Under the pieces are notes generated by a model. That model was given only the letters and a program-made list of their open reading frames with translations. It was not told where the DNA came from and did not search any database. 64,000 nt of DNA from Neocallimastix sp. 'constans' (taxonomy: Eukaryota). The translations under genes were made by a program, and so were the position numbers. Shown piece after piece: positions 36,690 to 51,156 of the stretch. Position 1 is the first letter of the stretch. Each line of letters starts with the position of its first letter. The DNA lies in contig JBODTK010000130.1 in the NCBI GenBank assembly GCA_050613775.1, positions 186,001 through 250,000 of the forward strand, read 5' to 3'.

Positions 36690-36731
<42 letters not shown>
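36256..36731 (+). mobile_element. 5'-truncated LINE 3' end (SINE-like) with a 40-nt poly-A tail
   Basis: atcatcgataaatggtaagagttagag resembles atcatcgatgaatgggaaaagttagag (12416-12442) in the first LINE. The end taaataaagttt...(A)40 mirrors that element's 3' end. The 5' limit is approximate. Confidence 0.7.
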
Positions 36732-36732
<1 letters not shown>

Positions 36733-38939
36733 ATATGGAATAAAACTATATTATTAATAATAGCATTTTTTTTTTCGTTTTTCTCCCTAATTTTTTTTGT
36801 CCAATTTTATTTTTTAAGGATTTTTATTGTTATTATTAAATATATATATATGTAAAATTTTTAAATAATTATTATAATTTATATATAAATATAAATAAAA
36901 TATATATATATATATTAATCAAGGGAGATTGTTTTTCAATATATAATTTTATAATATATTTTTAATTTTATTTCATATATATTAAATTTTATAAAGAGAT
37001 AATTTTTCGTTTTTTTTATACTGCTGTTTTTTTTTTTATTTTATTTTATTTTATTTTATTATTTTTGCCTTTTTTTGTTTTTTATAACTTAAATAAAAAT
37101 TTTATTATTATTTTTATTATAATTATTATAATTATTATTATTATTATAATTATTATTATTATTATAATTATTATTATTATTATTATAATTATTATTATTT
37201 ATTAATAGTTGAATATCTATTTAATGCATATAATATTAGTATTTCATTTATGTAAATATTATATATTTCTTATTTTTTATTAATTATATAAAAAATATAA
37301 TTTTTTTTTATTATTTAAAATTTTATTTTTTAAAAAAAAAAAATTTATTATTATTTAAAATTTTAATTCTTATATTTATCTATTTTCATTTTCATTTTTA
37401 TTTTTATTTTATTTTTATTTTTTTACTTTTTTTAATTTTTTTGAATTTTGAATTTTATTTTATAAAATATTTTTAATATTATATCAATCTATCTATATAT
37501 ATTTTATATTTATATTTTTTTATATATATATATATATATACATTTTTTTTTTTTAATTAAGAAAATTTTATTTTTTAAGATTTTGATGGAAATCAGTAAA
37601 GTTTAAATTTTTTAATTATTTTTGTTTCTTGGTTTGACCAATTCTTTATTTTTTTTATTTAATTTTAAATTTTATTTTAATTTTTTTTATTTTAAATTAT
37701 TTTTATTTTTATTTTGAATATTTTATTTTTATAATTAAAATTAATCTTTTATTATATTTTATTTTATTTTATTTTATTATTATTATAATTAAAAAATATT
37801 TAATTTTATTCCTAATTTAATAGTTATTTATTTATTTATTATTTTTTCAATATTTATTTATTTTTTAGTATTATTATTTTAGTTATTTAAAAATAGTAAA
37901 TGGGTAAAAAAAGTGAAGAATTTTAATTAATAATAGAAAAATTTATGTATATATAATGATATATATATATTTATATTAGACCATTTAATTTTATTTTTTT
38001 TAAATACTTATATGTATATATATAAATATTAAGTAACAGTAATAATAATAATAATAATAAAAAAAAAGGTATTATATGTAATCATTGGTTTTAATTATAA
38101 ACCTATAAATATCTTTTGATGAAATGTAAAATAGTCTAATCCATTAATTTAAAATATATGTATATGTAATTATATTATTATTAAATTCTATATTTGTTCT
38201 TCTTAACCAAAATTAATAGTAAAAAATACCAATGAAATCAACTCATTGATAACTTTATTTTATTTTATTTTTTTTATTTTTATATTAATATTTTATTTTA
38301 TTGTATATTTTTTTTTTTTATTATATTATATTTTTAATTTTTTTTTTTATTTTATTTTAATTTTTTTTTTTTTTATAAAGAATTCTTAAAATAATAAATT
38401 TATATTCTCATTATTAGTAATTAATAATCAAAATTTTCAATTAAATTCTGTATTTATAAATATAATTGAAAAAAAAATTTTTTTAAAGCATTTAATATAT
38501 TATACCTTTAATATATCTCTATTACTATTTCCATTATCATTAATCTTCATAATAATAATAATAATAATAATAATAAAATTATAATATAGAAAAAAAGATA
38601 CAATAGTAAAAAATAAAAAAAATTTTTTAAATAAATACTATCGAAGATAATAATATAATGTAATAAATATATAAATAAATATATATATATCATTTTGAAA
38701 TAGAAACTCTAATAAAAAAAAAAACATATATACTAATACAAAATAATTATATAATAATAGTAAAAAAAAAAATAAAAGATATAAAAAAATAATCTATTAT
38801 ACTTTCTCTTCTATCATCTATATATATATATATATATATAAAGTAAATAGTTTAAAGACTAGAAGTATAAACAACAACAACTAAAACTAAAAAAAAAATA
38901 AAAAAATAAAAAAAACTTAAACCAAACAATAAACAACAA

Positions 38940-38981
<42 letters not shown>

Positions 38982-38986
<5 letters not shown>

Positions 38987-39309
38987 TCCAGCTAAATCTA
39001 AAAAGAAAAAGGGAAAAGGTAAAAGTAAAGGAAAAAAGGATGAGGAGGAGGAAGAAGTTCTTCTCATTAAATTTTTTGAAATTAAAAAATTAAGAACCGC
39101 GTATCTTCGTCAATGTAAACATTTTATAACCCTTCCCAATGAACAAGTCCTCAAAAAGATTGAACGATATCACAACCTTGAATTTCTCAGTAGTAATGAT
39201 GAATACCTTGATAAAGTAAAAAAAAAAAAAAAAAAAAAAATTTAAAAAAAAATTTTTTTTAAAAAAAAAATAATTAAATTAAAAAAATTCTTTTTTGAAA
39301 TAAAATAAA

Positions 39310-39373
<64 letters not shown>

Positions 39374-39433
39374 TTGTTTTGTTTTGTTTTTGTTTTTTTG
39401 TTTTTTTATTATTATTATTTTTCTATCATTTGG

Positions 39434-39477
<44 letters not shown>

Positions 39478-40180
39478 ATATATATACATAAATATATATG
39501 AGTTTTTTTTTTATTAAGTTATTTTTTTTTATTTTAAAAAAAAATATATATATATATATATTTATATATAAGTACTAATTAAATATTATTTTTATTATTA
39601 ATAATAATGTTTTTGCAATATCATTATCATCAAATCAATATTATTATTATTAAATCAATATTTTATTGTCGAACTCAAATTTTAACTAAAAAAAAAAAAA
39701 AAAAAAAACTGTCTAATTATTAATTATTATAATAAATTAATAAATAAATAAATAAAAATTAACAGTTAATTATTGATTCCTGTCAAATGAATTGTAATGA
39801 TATGTATGCCCTATCGACCTCCTTTCAAAACTTTCGTTACCTAAAAACGCTATGTCTATGGAATATTCAAATGGATAAAGGTGCTTTCATTGCTATCGTA
39901 AGTTTTTCCTTTTTTTTTTACTTTATTTGTTATATATTATTTTTCTAATTTTATTTTTTTTTTCTTCTTCTTCTTCTATATCTTATTCTTCTAATATCTT
40001 TATATCATATATATATATATTTTTTTTTATCATTATATTCTATATATTAATTTTTTTTATTTATTATGAAATATATATATTTTTCATATTAATTTTTCAA
40101 AATAATAATAATCCATCCAACCATTCATCATTAATTTATGAATGATAATAATAATAATAATAATAAAATCAAAAAAAAAT

Positions 40181-40270
<90 letters not shown>

Positions 40271-40303
40271 TCAAAAAAAAATCAAAAAAAAAAAAAAAAA
40301 AAA

Positions 40304-40346
<43 letters not shown>

Positions 40347-40347
40347 T

Positions 40348-40388
<41 letters not shown>

Positions 40389-41793
40389 CAAAATCCTATT
40401 TAGGATAAATTTTTATCACGACATAAATTTTTAGAAGTTTTCCAGTTTCTGTACTGTAATGCCAATGTCGAAAATTCCGTGTATTTGGCGTCTATTCTCC
40501 GAAATACGGAATCCCTTATGGATGTGACGTTTGATCATAATCCGTTGAAAGGAGACGGTATCGTCAATCTCTTCTTGGGAATGAAGGAAAACCCCAACTC
40601 TAAGGTGAAGAGACTCAGTTTGCGTTACTGTGAGGCCTATGGTGATTTCTGTGAAACGCTCGTTCCCTTACTCGGTGAAAATAAAACTTTAACGTATGTT
40701 GTTAGAGAAAAAAAAAAAATTCAAATTCAAAAAAATAAAAATCATAAAAATAATATTTTTTATATTATATATTATATTTAATATTATTTTTTTTTTTTGT
40801 TATATACATATATTGATAATATATATTTACATTTTTTTCTTATAAATTATATATGTGTATAAATATAAATATCCTCTGACTTTTTTTTTTTAATTATTAT
40901 TATTATTATTATTATTTTATATACATATATTTATATTTATATATACAATCAAAATAAATCTATTTAGTGAATTAGATTTATGTGGTAATTATATAGGTCA
41001 AGATGGTGTTATGTTTATAGCTACCGCTTTGATGAATAATAATATTCTTGAGGTCTTGAACCTCGCTTCCAATAATATCATTGATGAACAGGAACTCTAC
41101 GGTAGAACACTCATAGGCTCTCTCTCCTCTAAAAATAATCTTACGACTACCGGAACTGGAGGTCTCGTCTCCTCTAATACCAATAGCAATACCAATACCA
41201 ATATTAATAATAATAGTGGAAATAATGACTCTTCTGGTGATGGTGGTGATAGTGGTGATCTAACATCCTCTCCTAGTGCTGCCACCAATTCCAACACTAA
41301 TAATGCTAGTGTTGAAAATAACAGTAATGTCAGTGGAGACAAAGGTACAGATCTTGATGGTAGTCAACAGACTTCAATGGATAATAATAGTAAGAGTAAA
41401 ATAGGAGGATCACATAATGAAATTGTGATAACGGGTGTAGGAGGAGGAGGTGGAGGAGAAGATGAAGAAGACAATGATACTGGACCAGTGACCACCTCCT
41501 CTCTAACCTATTTAGCCGATGCGATATCACGAGAAGAATCAGCGATGACCTATTTAGATCTACGAGGAAATAATATTGGCAATAATGGAGGAGAGATTAT
41601 GCTTCAAGCCCTGAGAACACGAAAAGCGCAACTGACCGCAAAAAAGAATGCCTTACCCGTTCTAATCTGTCAAGTTACCGAACGAATGAGCTATGATATA
41701 TTTTCTAAGATTTTTGAAATTAATAAATTTATGATAGATCAAGAAAAGAAAAAGAATGGAAAGAAGAAGAAAGGAAAAAAGGAAAAAAAATAG
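38982..41793 (+). CDS. RNI-like leucine-rich repeat protein, about 493 aa, 4 exons (38982-39215, 39766-39897, 40404-40693, 40968-41793)
   Basis: GT..AG splicing with consistent phases. Repeats LKTLCLWNIQM, LMDVTFDHNPLKGDG, LTELDLCGNYIGQDG, LEVLNLASNNI and MTYLDLRGNNIGNNG. Lys-rich termini and an N/S/G-rich insert. Confidence 0.85.
40142..40383. repeat. Compound intronic repeat [(AAT)n AAAATC (A)n] x3
   Basis: The unit is directly visible three times in intron 2 of the LRR gene. Confidence 0.8.
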
Positions 41794-42420
41794 AGTTATA
41801 ATAATAAAATTAGAAAATAAAATAGAAATATATCAAAATAAAATGTAAAAATAGAAAGTAAAAAAAAAATTTTTTTATTAAAAAAAAAAAAGGTACATTT
41901 TATTAAAAATATTAATTTATAAAATTTCAAATGTATATATATAATATTTAATTTAATTCTATCATTAAAGTATTTTCATTTCATTTACTAATTAATTTAC
42001 TTTTTTTTTTTTTCATTCATTTAAATATATAAATATATATATAATAAATAATTATATTAATGTTCCTTTTGAAATCATTTTAAATTCAATTTAAAATTAT
42101 AGTAAAATAATGAACCAAACAATAAACAAATGAACAAACAAACAAACAAAACAAAAAAAAACAAAAAAAAAATACATATATATAAATAAATAATATATAT
42201 GCTTTTTTTTTTTTTTTTTGTATCCCTTCTTCTATTTTTATACATTTACATTTATACTATTATTTTTTTATATTTTTTATATCGCTTTCTAATTTTTATT
42301 TTTATTTTTATTTTTTATTTTTTATTTTTTTATTTTTTTATTTTAATTTCTCTTTTATCTCTTTTTCTTTCTTTATTATTATTATTTTTTTTTACTTAAA
42401 TATATCTTTTCAATCATTAA

Positions 42421-42452
<32 letters not shown>

Positions 42453-42949
42453 CATACCAAAAGTTTTTATAAATTAAAAAAAAATTCTGTATTTTTTTTT
42501 TCTTTTAATTATATAAAAATACTACACATTACCCTCTCATATATATATATATATATATATTTTATTGTATTTAATTTTATTTTATTATATTTTATTTAAA
42601 TTTTTTAAATTTTAATTTTTTATTTTTGTATTTAATTTAATAAATCAATAAATTCCAATAATACGACTTGATCAATAATCTTTTTATTATTATCTTCTTT
42701 TATTTTCACTTTTTTTTTTTTTCTTTTCTATTTTATCTTATTACTATTTTTTAATTTATATTTTATTTTATTTTATGTTTAATTATTTTAAAAGTTTTTT
42801 TTTTTGTCATTACATCCAACAGAATAACAAAAAAAAGTTATAAGAAAAAAAGTTATATTTGTAAATATATATATATATATATGTAATTTTTTTTTTATGA
42901 AATGATATAGTGAATATATAAAATAAACAGGGAAATATTAAAATAAGAA

Positions 42950-45517
42950 AGTACAGATTGATAAATAAAATGATATTGCTAATAGTAATAATGATAATAG
43001 CAACAGTAATAATAGTAATACTAATAATAGTAATAGTAATAGTAATAATAGTTATAGTATTATTAGTAATAATATTATTAGTAATGTTAGTAATAGTATT
43101 GAAAATAATGTGTATGTTGATTCTAGTGTGTGTGAAAAAGTGTTTAATTTCCTTCTTGGAGACAGAAGTATTAATAACAGTACAAAGGAATGGAAGGTTC
43201 TATTTAAGTGCCAGATGAAATCAGGTGCTTATTCTGATACTCCGTTCTTGGTGGTTACTGAGGCTCTTCTTCCATCGATTATACCTATTGCTATTGGCCA
43301 GCAAGTTTCTAGATTTCTTTATAATAGTAATCCTACCTTTTATCTTTCAAGTCAAGAGTTACCTAAAACGAATTGCTATACCTACTTAGGTGTTCCATTT
43401 TCAAATGATTTAGAATTGAAACCGATTATACAGAGAATAAATAATAAAGCTAGAAATGCACTTTATTCCATAAAAGGATTTCTTAAGAATCCTCATATTC
43501 CTATCCCTTATAAAAGAATGTTATTTTCAGCTATAGTAATTGGACAAGTTTCATATTATGCACCTCTACTTGGACCTAACAAAGATAGAACGAGAAGTAC
43601 ACAGACACTAGTTAATTCAGAATTATACTGGATTGAAGGATTTTCTAAAGGGGAATAGCTTTACTTCCCTTTATTGTGTTTTTAAAGAACTTACGTTCCT
43701 TCTCTTTCGGCGAAATGTGCGATTGCTCAGGTAAGGTGTTTTAAAAAATGGAAAAACTCGAAATGTATTATCTCTGATTTACTTAGAGATATATCTCGTT
43801 GTAGACGTCATGCATGGGATAAAGAAAGTGAAAATTTTAGCTGACAAATTAGATAAATTTCCATTAAAAAAAAAGCTATTTTAAACTTTTACTGGGATAG
43901 AGATATGGCAGAAAAATCATTCAAACCTAAGGCTTATAAAAAAAAATTTTGAGAAAACTAGAGAGTATCTTAAGCTAAATTATAAATATCCTGAATTTAG
44001 TATTGGCTTCCGATGGGTACTTCGTGCCAGATGTGGATATAAATTCGATGCTCGTGTTGCCAAAGCCGCCAACATGATTGAAGAAGACTGTCCTGAAAGG
44101 TGTCCTTATAGAATAAATGGTAATCCTAGATTGGAACATTGGTTTTCTAAATGCTATCTTTTCTTCCGTGAATTTCGAATGAAATATTTTAAGGATATTG
44201 AAATTCTTTATGAAATATTTTATATTATTTCTAAATATTGTCCAATATCTAATAGTACTGTTATCACAGATATGAATAATATAGAATAAAGTTCTGATTC
44301 TGATAGTAGTAACGAAATATATAATGTTAATAATATTAACAATAGAAATAATATTATTAATAATAGTAGAAATAGTGATAGTGAATATAGAATTATTAAT
44401 ACTAGTAATTGTGAAAATTATAATATCGTTACTTCTAATTTAGTGAATAATTCAATTGGTGAAAATCGTGGTAATTTAAGTAATTTTCAGAATAATGAGT
44501 ATGTAAATATATATGTGACGTGGTGCCGATTATATTACTTTCTTCTTGGTGGAAGGGATGCATATATAATAGATTTAAATTATAAAAAGGAATGGAATAT
44601 TTTGTTTAATAACCAAATCATTTCTGGAGATTATTCAAAAACGCCATTCTTGGTGCGATCTGTGGCTCTCTTTACAGAAATTATGCCTTGTGCTAGTACT
44701 CGGCAAGGGTTATTATTTCAAAAGTATAAGCGCAAACTAACCAGGTGCGTCAACGCTGAAATACAGTAAGATAGGCTATCAGGGCCAATGCCTCTGAAGG
44801 AAAAGACCATAATTTCTTTCAGATAGATAATTCAAACCCTAATCCATAAGGAGGTGAGGTTCGTTGCCTATGAACTTTTTTCTGAATTTATTTATACACT
44901 TATTTTTGATTATTACTTTTTATTTCACGTTACTATTTCTTTATTATTATGTTCATATTGGACAAATAATATTTATTTATTTTTTTAATTCTGAGTTTTT
45001 TTATTTTTTATTAAAATTAAAAGTATTCATGTATTTTATATAAGAATAAATAAATAAAGATTAAAGTTCGCAATAATTGCGGCTATAAAAAAAAAAAAAA
45101 AAAAATTGGCCAGCAATGGTCTTTGTTCAATTTGTTCAATAGGTTCAAATCAAATCGTATCACTACTATCAAGAGCGTCAATGCTGAAGAAACAGTAAGA
45201 CAGGCCAGCAGAGCAGGGCTAGTGCAACCAATGAAGATCATAATTTCGTATCTTAAAAAATTATGATTAACTTAACATTATGAAGTCAAAATTAATTATG
45301 ATACTTCAGTATAATAATGCCCTTGTGAAGTCTTAACAGATATTAATTAAATGAAACTAGAATATTTTATATCATTATTTTATTTTATTTTATTTTATTT
45401 TGTGTTTTTTTTTTTTTTTTTTTTTTTTTTTTTGTTTATTTTTTTATCTTTTTTTTTTTTTTTATTAAATATATTTTATCAAATATTTAATTAATAAAGA
45501 TGAATCAAGTTTGCTGC

Positions 45518-45566
<49 letters not shown>
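42950..45566 (+). mobile_element. Older 5'-truncated LINE (host element), interrupted at 43305-45116 by a second LINE and its target-site duplicate
   Basis: The C-terminal ORF2 segment ...FNFLLG...TPFLVV...IAIGQQ (to 43304) resumes in frame at 45117 as WSLFNLFNRFKSNRITTIKSVNAEETVR. It has its own AATAAA and poly-A at 45522-45566. The 5' limit is approximate. Confidence 0.82.
43305..45104 (+). mobile_element. Nested 5'-truncated LINE (RT C-terminus, zinc-knuckle remnant, N-rich tail, 3' UTR, poly-A) flanked by the TSD ATTGGCCAGCAA
   Basis: LPKTNCYTYLGVPF, YYAPLLG and CPERCP..HWFSKC are homologous to the 9840-12605 element. Poly-A starts at 45087. The 12-mer occurs at 43293-43304 and 45105-45116. 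Confidence 0.9.
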
Positions 45567-45572
<6 letters not shown>

Positions 45573-45891
45573 AAATAAACAAATAAATAAATAATAAACA
45601 TTTATTCTTTAAAAATTATTTATATATAATATATATATTATAAAATATATTTTATTCCAGTAGCATAATATATATAGAATATATATAGTATGGAGAAAGA
45701 AGAATAAACATATATATATATAGATTTTATTTAAAAGTTTTATTATTTATTATTTTTTTATATTTTATGTTTTTTACATTTTTATTTTAACAATGTTTGA
45801 AATTTCAATACTCATCTATTTAAAATAAAATAATAATAATAATAAGTAAATTAAAAATTTAATGAGTTGAAGATTAATCTATATATACATA

Positions 45892-45923
<32 letters not shown>

Positions 45924-46258
45924 CTGTGTTAATATCTATGGTAAAATTTTTATATACATATAAAAATAAAAAAGTAAATTATTTTTATAATATTAGTATG
46001 AAGGTCTAAATTGTTTAAATTGTCATTATTGTTGTAAAAAATAAATAAATAAATAAATAAATAGATATATAAAAAAAAAAAAAATAAAAAAAATTAAAAA
46101 AAAAAAATAAAATAAAGAATTAATTATATAAATCTATTTGAAAACTAATTTAATTATTTATAATTAAATAGTTTTTATTTTAATTTCTTTTTTTTTTCTT
46201 TTTTTTTTTTTTTAATTTACTTTTTCACATCAGATTCAATTTTATTATTACTTTGTGC

Positions 46259-46289
<31 letters not shown>

Positions 46290-46427
46290 TTTGCCTTTAC
46301 TTTTATTCTTGAGAAAAAAAAAAAAAAAAAGAATAAAAAATAAAAAAATTAAGAATTAATTATACAAATCTATTTGAAAACTATTTATTTATAAATAAAT
46401 AGTTTTTTTTTTTTTTTTTTTTTTACT

Positions 46428-47198
46428 TTATCTCTTTATCCTTCTTCTTTTTGCTTTATTGTCCTCCTTTTCTATTTTATCTTCCTTTTCTTTCTTCACT
46501 TTATCTTCTTTTTTTACTTTATTATCCTCCTTCTCTATTTTATCTTCCTTTTCTTTCTTCACTTTATCTTCTTTTTTTACTTTATTATCCTCTTTTTCTA
46601 TTTTATCTTCCTTTTCTTTTTTCACTTTATCTTCTTTTTTTACTTTATTATCCTCTTCCTTCTTTTTTAATTCGTCTTCTTTTTCTTCCTTTATACTCGT
46701 ATCGGACTTTGACTTTAAAGGAACGGGGAGAGGGACCTCCTTATATTTTTTTTCTATTTCCAACAATTTTTTTTTCATAGGTATTCCACCACCATATCCG
46801 GTCAGTTGACCATGGCTACCGACGACTCGATGACACGGAACAATTAACCATATAGGATTTTTACCACAGGCGGCCCCAACCGCTCTTACCGCCTTTGCAT
46901 TATGAATTTTTTGAGCCACTTCAGCGTAGGTCAACACTTCCCCATACGGTATTGTTTCTAACACTTTCCAAACTTTTTTTTGAAAAGCCGTTCCTTCCAA
47001 AAATTCATAGTGAATAGAAAATTGTTTACGTTCTCCTCTCAAGTACTCCTCTATTTCTTGAAGTACTTTTTCTGTAAATTTATTTTTTTGATTATGAGTC
47101 ACAGTGGTCTTATCCACCACGCTTAAACGAACGACCTTCTCATCTTTATATTTTATTTTTAAAGTTCCTAAACCAAATTGGTAAAATGCTTCATTCAT
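46428..47198 (-). CDS. ogt: Methylated-DNA--protein-cysteine methyltransferase (MGMT/Ogt type), 256 aa, intronless, with a K/E/D repeat tail
   Basis: GTAFQKKVW..IPYGEVLTY..AVRAVGAACGKNPIWLIVPCHRVVG..LTGYGGG contains the PCHR active-site motif. ATG at 47198 follows a poly-A run, as in other genes here. Confidence 0.93.
   Translation of the reverse strand: MNEAFYQFGLGTLKIKYKDEKVVRLSVVDKTTVTHNQKNKFTEKVLQEIEEYLRGERKQFSIHYEFLEGTAFQKKVWKVLETIPYGEVLTYAEVAQKIHNAKAVRAVGAACGKNPIWLIVPCHRVVGSHGQLTGYGGGIPMKKKLLEIEKKYKEVPLPVPLKSKSDTSIKEEKEDELKKKEEDNKVKKEDKVKKEKEDKIEKEDNKVKKEDKVKKEKEDKIEKEDNKVKKEDKVKKEKEDKIEKEDNKAKRRRIKR
46455..46660 (-). repeat. Coding 63-bp tandem repeat (KEDNKVKKEDKVKKEKEDKIE x3)
   Basis: Three near-perfect units in the translation. 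Confidence 0.92.
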
Positions 47199-49372
47199 TT
47201 TTTTTTTTTTTTTTTTTTTTAATTTTAATTTGGGTTTCAATCTTTATATATAAATAATATATTTTTTTCTTTAATTTTATATAAACATTTCTTTAATTTT
47301 TTTTTAATCTTTTTTTTATTTATTTTATCGCTATTAGTTACTTATATATATTTTTATTAAAGCATAATAAATTATTCATTAAAGGTATATATCATAATTA
47401 ACAATATTGTTAGAAAAAAAAAAATATAATTTTAATAAATAACTACTTTTATTATAATATAAATGAATGAATGAATAAATGACTAAATAAATAAATAATA
47501 ATAATAATAAATAAATAATAATAATAACAATAAATAATTATTATTATTAATTTTTTTTTACTCAATAAATTTTTTTTTACATTTAATTATTAATAATATG
47601 TATTAATTTATGTAAATTATAGATTAATTCATGTGAAGTACATATGATTAATAGATGAAAATTTTTCTCTTTTTTGATATAAAAAAATTATTTGAAGCAT
47701 TTTAATTGAATGTGACTGATTCAATTATTTTAATTTAATATATTATAATATATTTTAATTTATTAAATTAATCAACACATATTTAGTGTATAATATATTG
47801 TAAAATAAAATAAAATAAATATATTTATATTAACAATCTATAATAGATAAAACAGTGATATAAATAAAAATTAATATAATCATAATTAATAAACTCATTA
47901 TTTATTTGTTTAATATTTATCTATTTCATCCATTCAATATTTTATCTATCTTTATTTTTATCTATATAATATTCATTTATTCATTTAATAATTAATATAT
48001 TTTTATTTATATAATATTCATTCATTCATTCATTTAATAATTAATATTTCTTTATCTATATAATACTTATTCATTTATTTATTAAACATTAAATGTATAT
48101 TGTTTAATGAAAGGTAAATAATAATAATAATAATAAAAATAATTAAATAAATAATAATAATAATAATAAATGTTGAATAATTAAATAAATAATAAAAATA
48201 ATAATATAATAATTAAATAATTAAATAATTATAATTAAATAATAGAAATAATAATAATTGCATTGAAGAAATAATCATTAAATCCAAAATAATAGTTATT
48301 AGGTGATGGTAATAACAGATGAATGATAATAGGACAGGAAGATATGAGATGGTTATTACTATTTATTATTATTTTTAATTATTGTAATAATTAAGAGTAT
48401 TAATATTTAATAGAATTCATTATTTTTATCTATTTTATTTAATACTACCTACCCAATGATTATATATATTATCAATCTATAGTTATAAAATAGTATACCT
48501 CAGTTATATATGATAAGCGTATTATCTTTTTTGGGGAAAAGAAGAGAAAACCAGCCTAAAAAGAAGAAGAAAAAGAAGAAAAAGAAGAAAATCAATTATT
48601 ATTCCTTTTTTTTTTTTTAGTTTTTTTCCCTTTTTTTTTAAAAAAAAATTTTAAAATTAAAATTTATTTAATCTATTTATTTAATTATAATAGAATATTT
48701 ATTTATATAATATTTATTTATATAATATTTATTTATTCATTTATTTATTAACAATGGATTTTTTATTATTCCATAATTTCATTTCATTATAAAATAAAGT
48801 TTTTTAATATTTTTTTTGAATGTGACAAGAAAAAATTTTTTATTTAATTTTAAACAGTTAACCATTTAATATAAATAAATAATATATGGATATGAATTAA
48901 TTACAATATATATAAAATAAAATTGAATCAATCAAAAATAGATTTCATTTGATAAAGTAAATGAATAAATAAATAGTAGATAAATAAATATAAACATTTA
49001 TGTTAAATAATTAAATGAATGAATAATATATAAATAAATAATAAAATTTTAAATAAATTTAAAATTTTAAAAAATAAAAAAAAATAAAAAAATAAAAATT
49101 AAATTAAATAAAATTAAATTCTCAAATTTAAAAGAATTTTTTTTTTTTTTCCTTTTTGAAATTTAACACTTTTTTTTTTTTTTATTTTCTTTTTTATTAT
49201 TTAAAAGAAATACAAAAAAAATATAAATTCAAAAAAATATAAATATATATAAATATAAATATATATTTTAAATAACAACAAAAGAAAGAAAGAAAGAAAA
49301 AAAAAAGGAGAAAATAGATTTCAAAACAATATATAATTTATTTTTATTTTTAAATAAAGTAAATTCTAATTT

Positions 49373-49404
<32 letters not shown>

Positions 49405-49910
49405 GAAAGATGAAATAATATATTTAATTCAGTTAAAACAATATGATAATATGTTTTATTAAATAGACAAATAGACAATTTTTTTTATATTTCTACCATA
49501 TAAAATAAGAAAATAAAATAAAAAAAAATTATTATTATAGACATTAAATAATTCCATTCAATAAAACAATTAATTATTGTATATAGTAATTACAATTTGT
49601 ATTATTAACAAAAATTTTTAAAATTTTCATTTAATAGGTAAATTATATATATATATATGAATTTTTTTATAATATTATAAAGCTTATTAAAAACAATATA
49701 TATAAAAAGTTATTTTGATAAAAAAAAATAAATGAAAATTTGAAATGTCATTTTAAAATTCAATTTCTTAATTTTACAATTATCTACATATAACTAACCA
49801 TTTAATCATACTATTTTATATATTATTCTATTTTATTTTGTATTATATAATTTTATTATTATTATTATAATATTATTTAAGTTTTAAGAAAAGAGGAAAA
49901 AAAAAAAAAA

Positions 49911-50202
49911 ATGAAGGTTTCAACTCTATTTTTATTCATCATTCTTGTTGTCACCGACTTCTCCTTTTCCTTAGCCGGAACTACCTCGAAAAAAGTCAGT
50001 AGTAATAGCACCAAAACAACGACAACTACGACTTCCACTAAATTGAATGGTGCTACCAGTAGTTCAGATTGTAGTATTTTAAAGGAAGTCTTTCGTGGGG
50101 TTAATTCGACCTATTCATGGTATACCGATATTATGAATTGCTGTAAAAATAAGGCCGAATTTCTTTGTACTGGTAATAAAGTGGAAGCAATGTAAGAATG
50201 AA

Positions 50203-50238
<36 letters not shown>

Positions 50239-50504
50239 AAATATATATATATATATATATTTATCTTTTATATCTTTTTATTTCATCTTATTATCTATTG
50301 TATATGTTTTTTTTTTATTAATATAAAATGTTTATATATATACGATATAGTAAATTAAATTCGGTGAAACTTAATATTACACTTTCAGAAAAAATTGGTG
50401 AATTATCTAATCTTAAACAACTGTAAAAATAAAAAAAAAATTTTTTTTTATTATTTTATATATTTATTAAATAATTATATATATATATATTATTTATATA
50501 ATTT

Positions 50505-50555
<51 letters not shown>

Positions 50556-50768
50556 TTTTTTAAATATTATATTAATAATTTTTATTTTTTATTTTCATTT
50601 TCTTTTATTTTTATTTTTATTGCCATTATAATTTTTTCTATTTTATTTATTTTTATTAGTTCATTAGCAAATACTGGATTAATTGGTACCCTTCCAAAAG
50701 GTTTATTTAAAAATGCAAATTTAGAAACTTTGTAAGTTTAAATACTCTTTTTTATTATATTAAACAAG

Positions 50769-50802
<34 letters not shown>

Positions 50803-51114
50803 AAATATAATAACATCAATATATTAATTAAACCATTTTATTATTATATATGTATATACTTAATATAACTTAAATATATATAAAATATATATATATATAA
50901 AATATATTATTAAAACAAAAAAAAAATTAAAATTAGAGAGTTAAATGACAATAAATTAAATGGAACACTCGTAAATGAGTTTGGTAATTTAAAAAAATTG
51001 AAAAGTCTTAATTTAAACAATAATCAACTCAGTGGAACCGTTCCAGAAACCTTATTTAATATTGAAACTTTAGAAAATCTGTAAGTTGTATATAAATATA
51101 TATTAGAATAAGAA

Positions 51115-51156
<42 letters not shown>

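Noticed and set aside
43110..43658. 182-aa ORF as a host gene
   Set aside because: It is a chimera of two LINEs across the TSD junction.
47199..47240. N-terminal extension MKPKLKLKKKKKKK of the ogt ORF
   Set aside because: Non-ATG start running through the poly-A leader; the ATG at 47198 fits the Ogt N-terminus.
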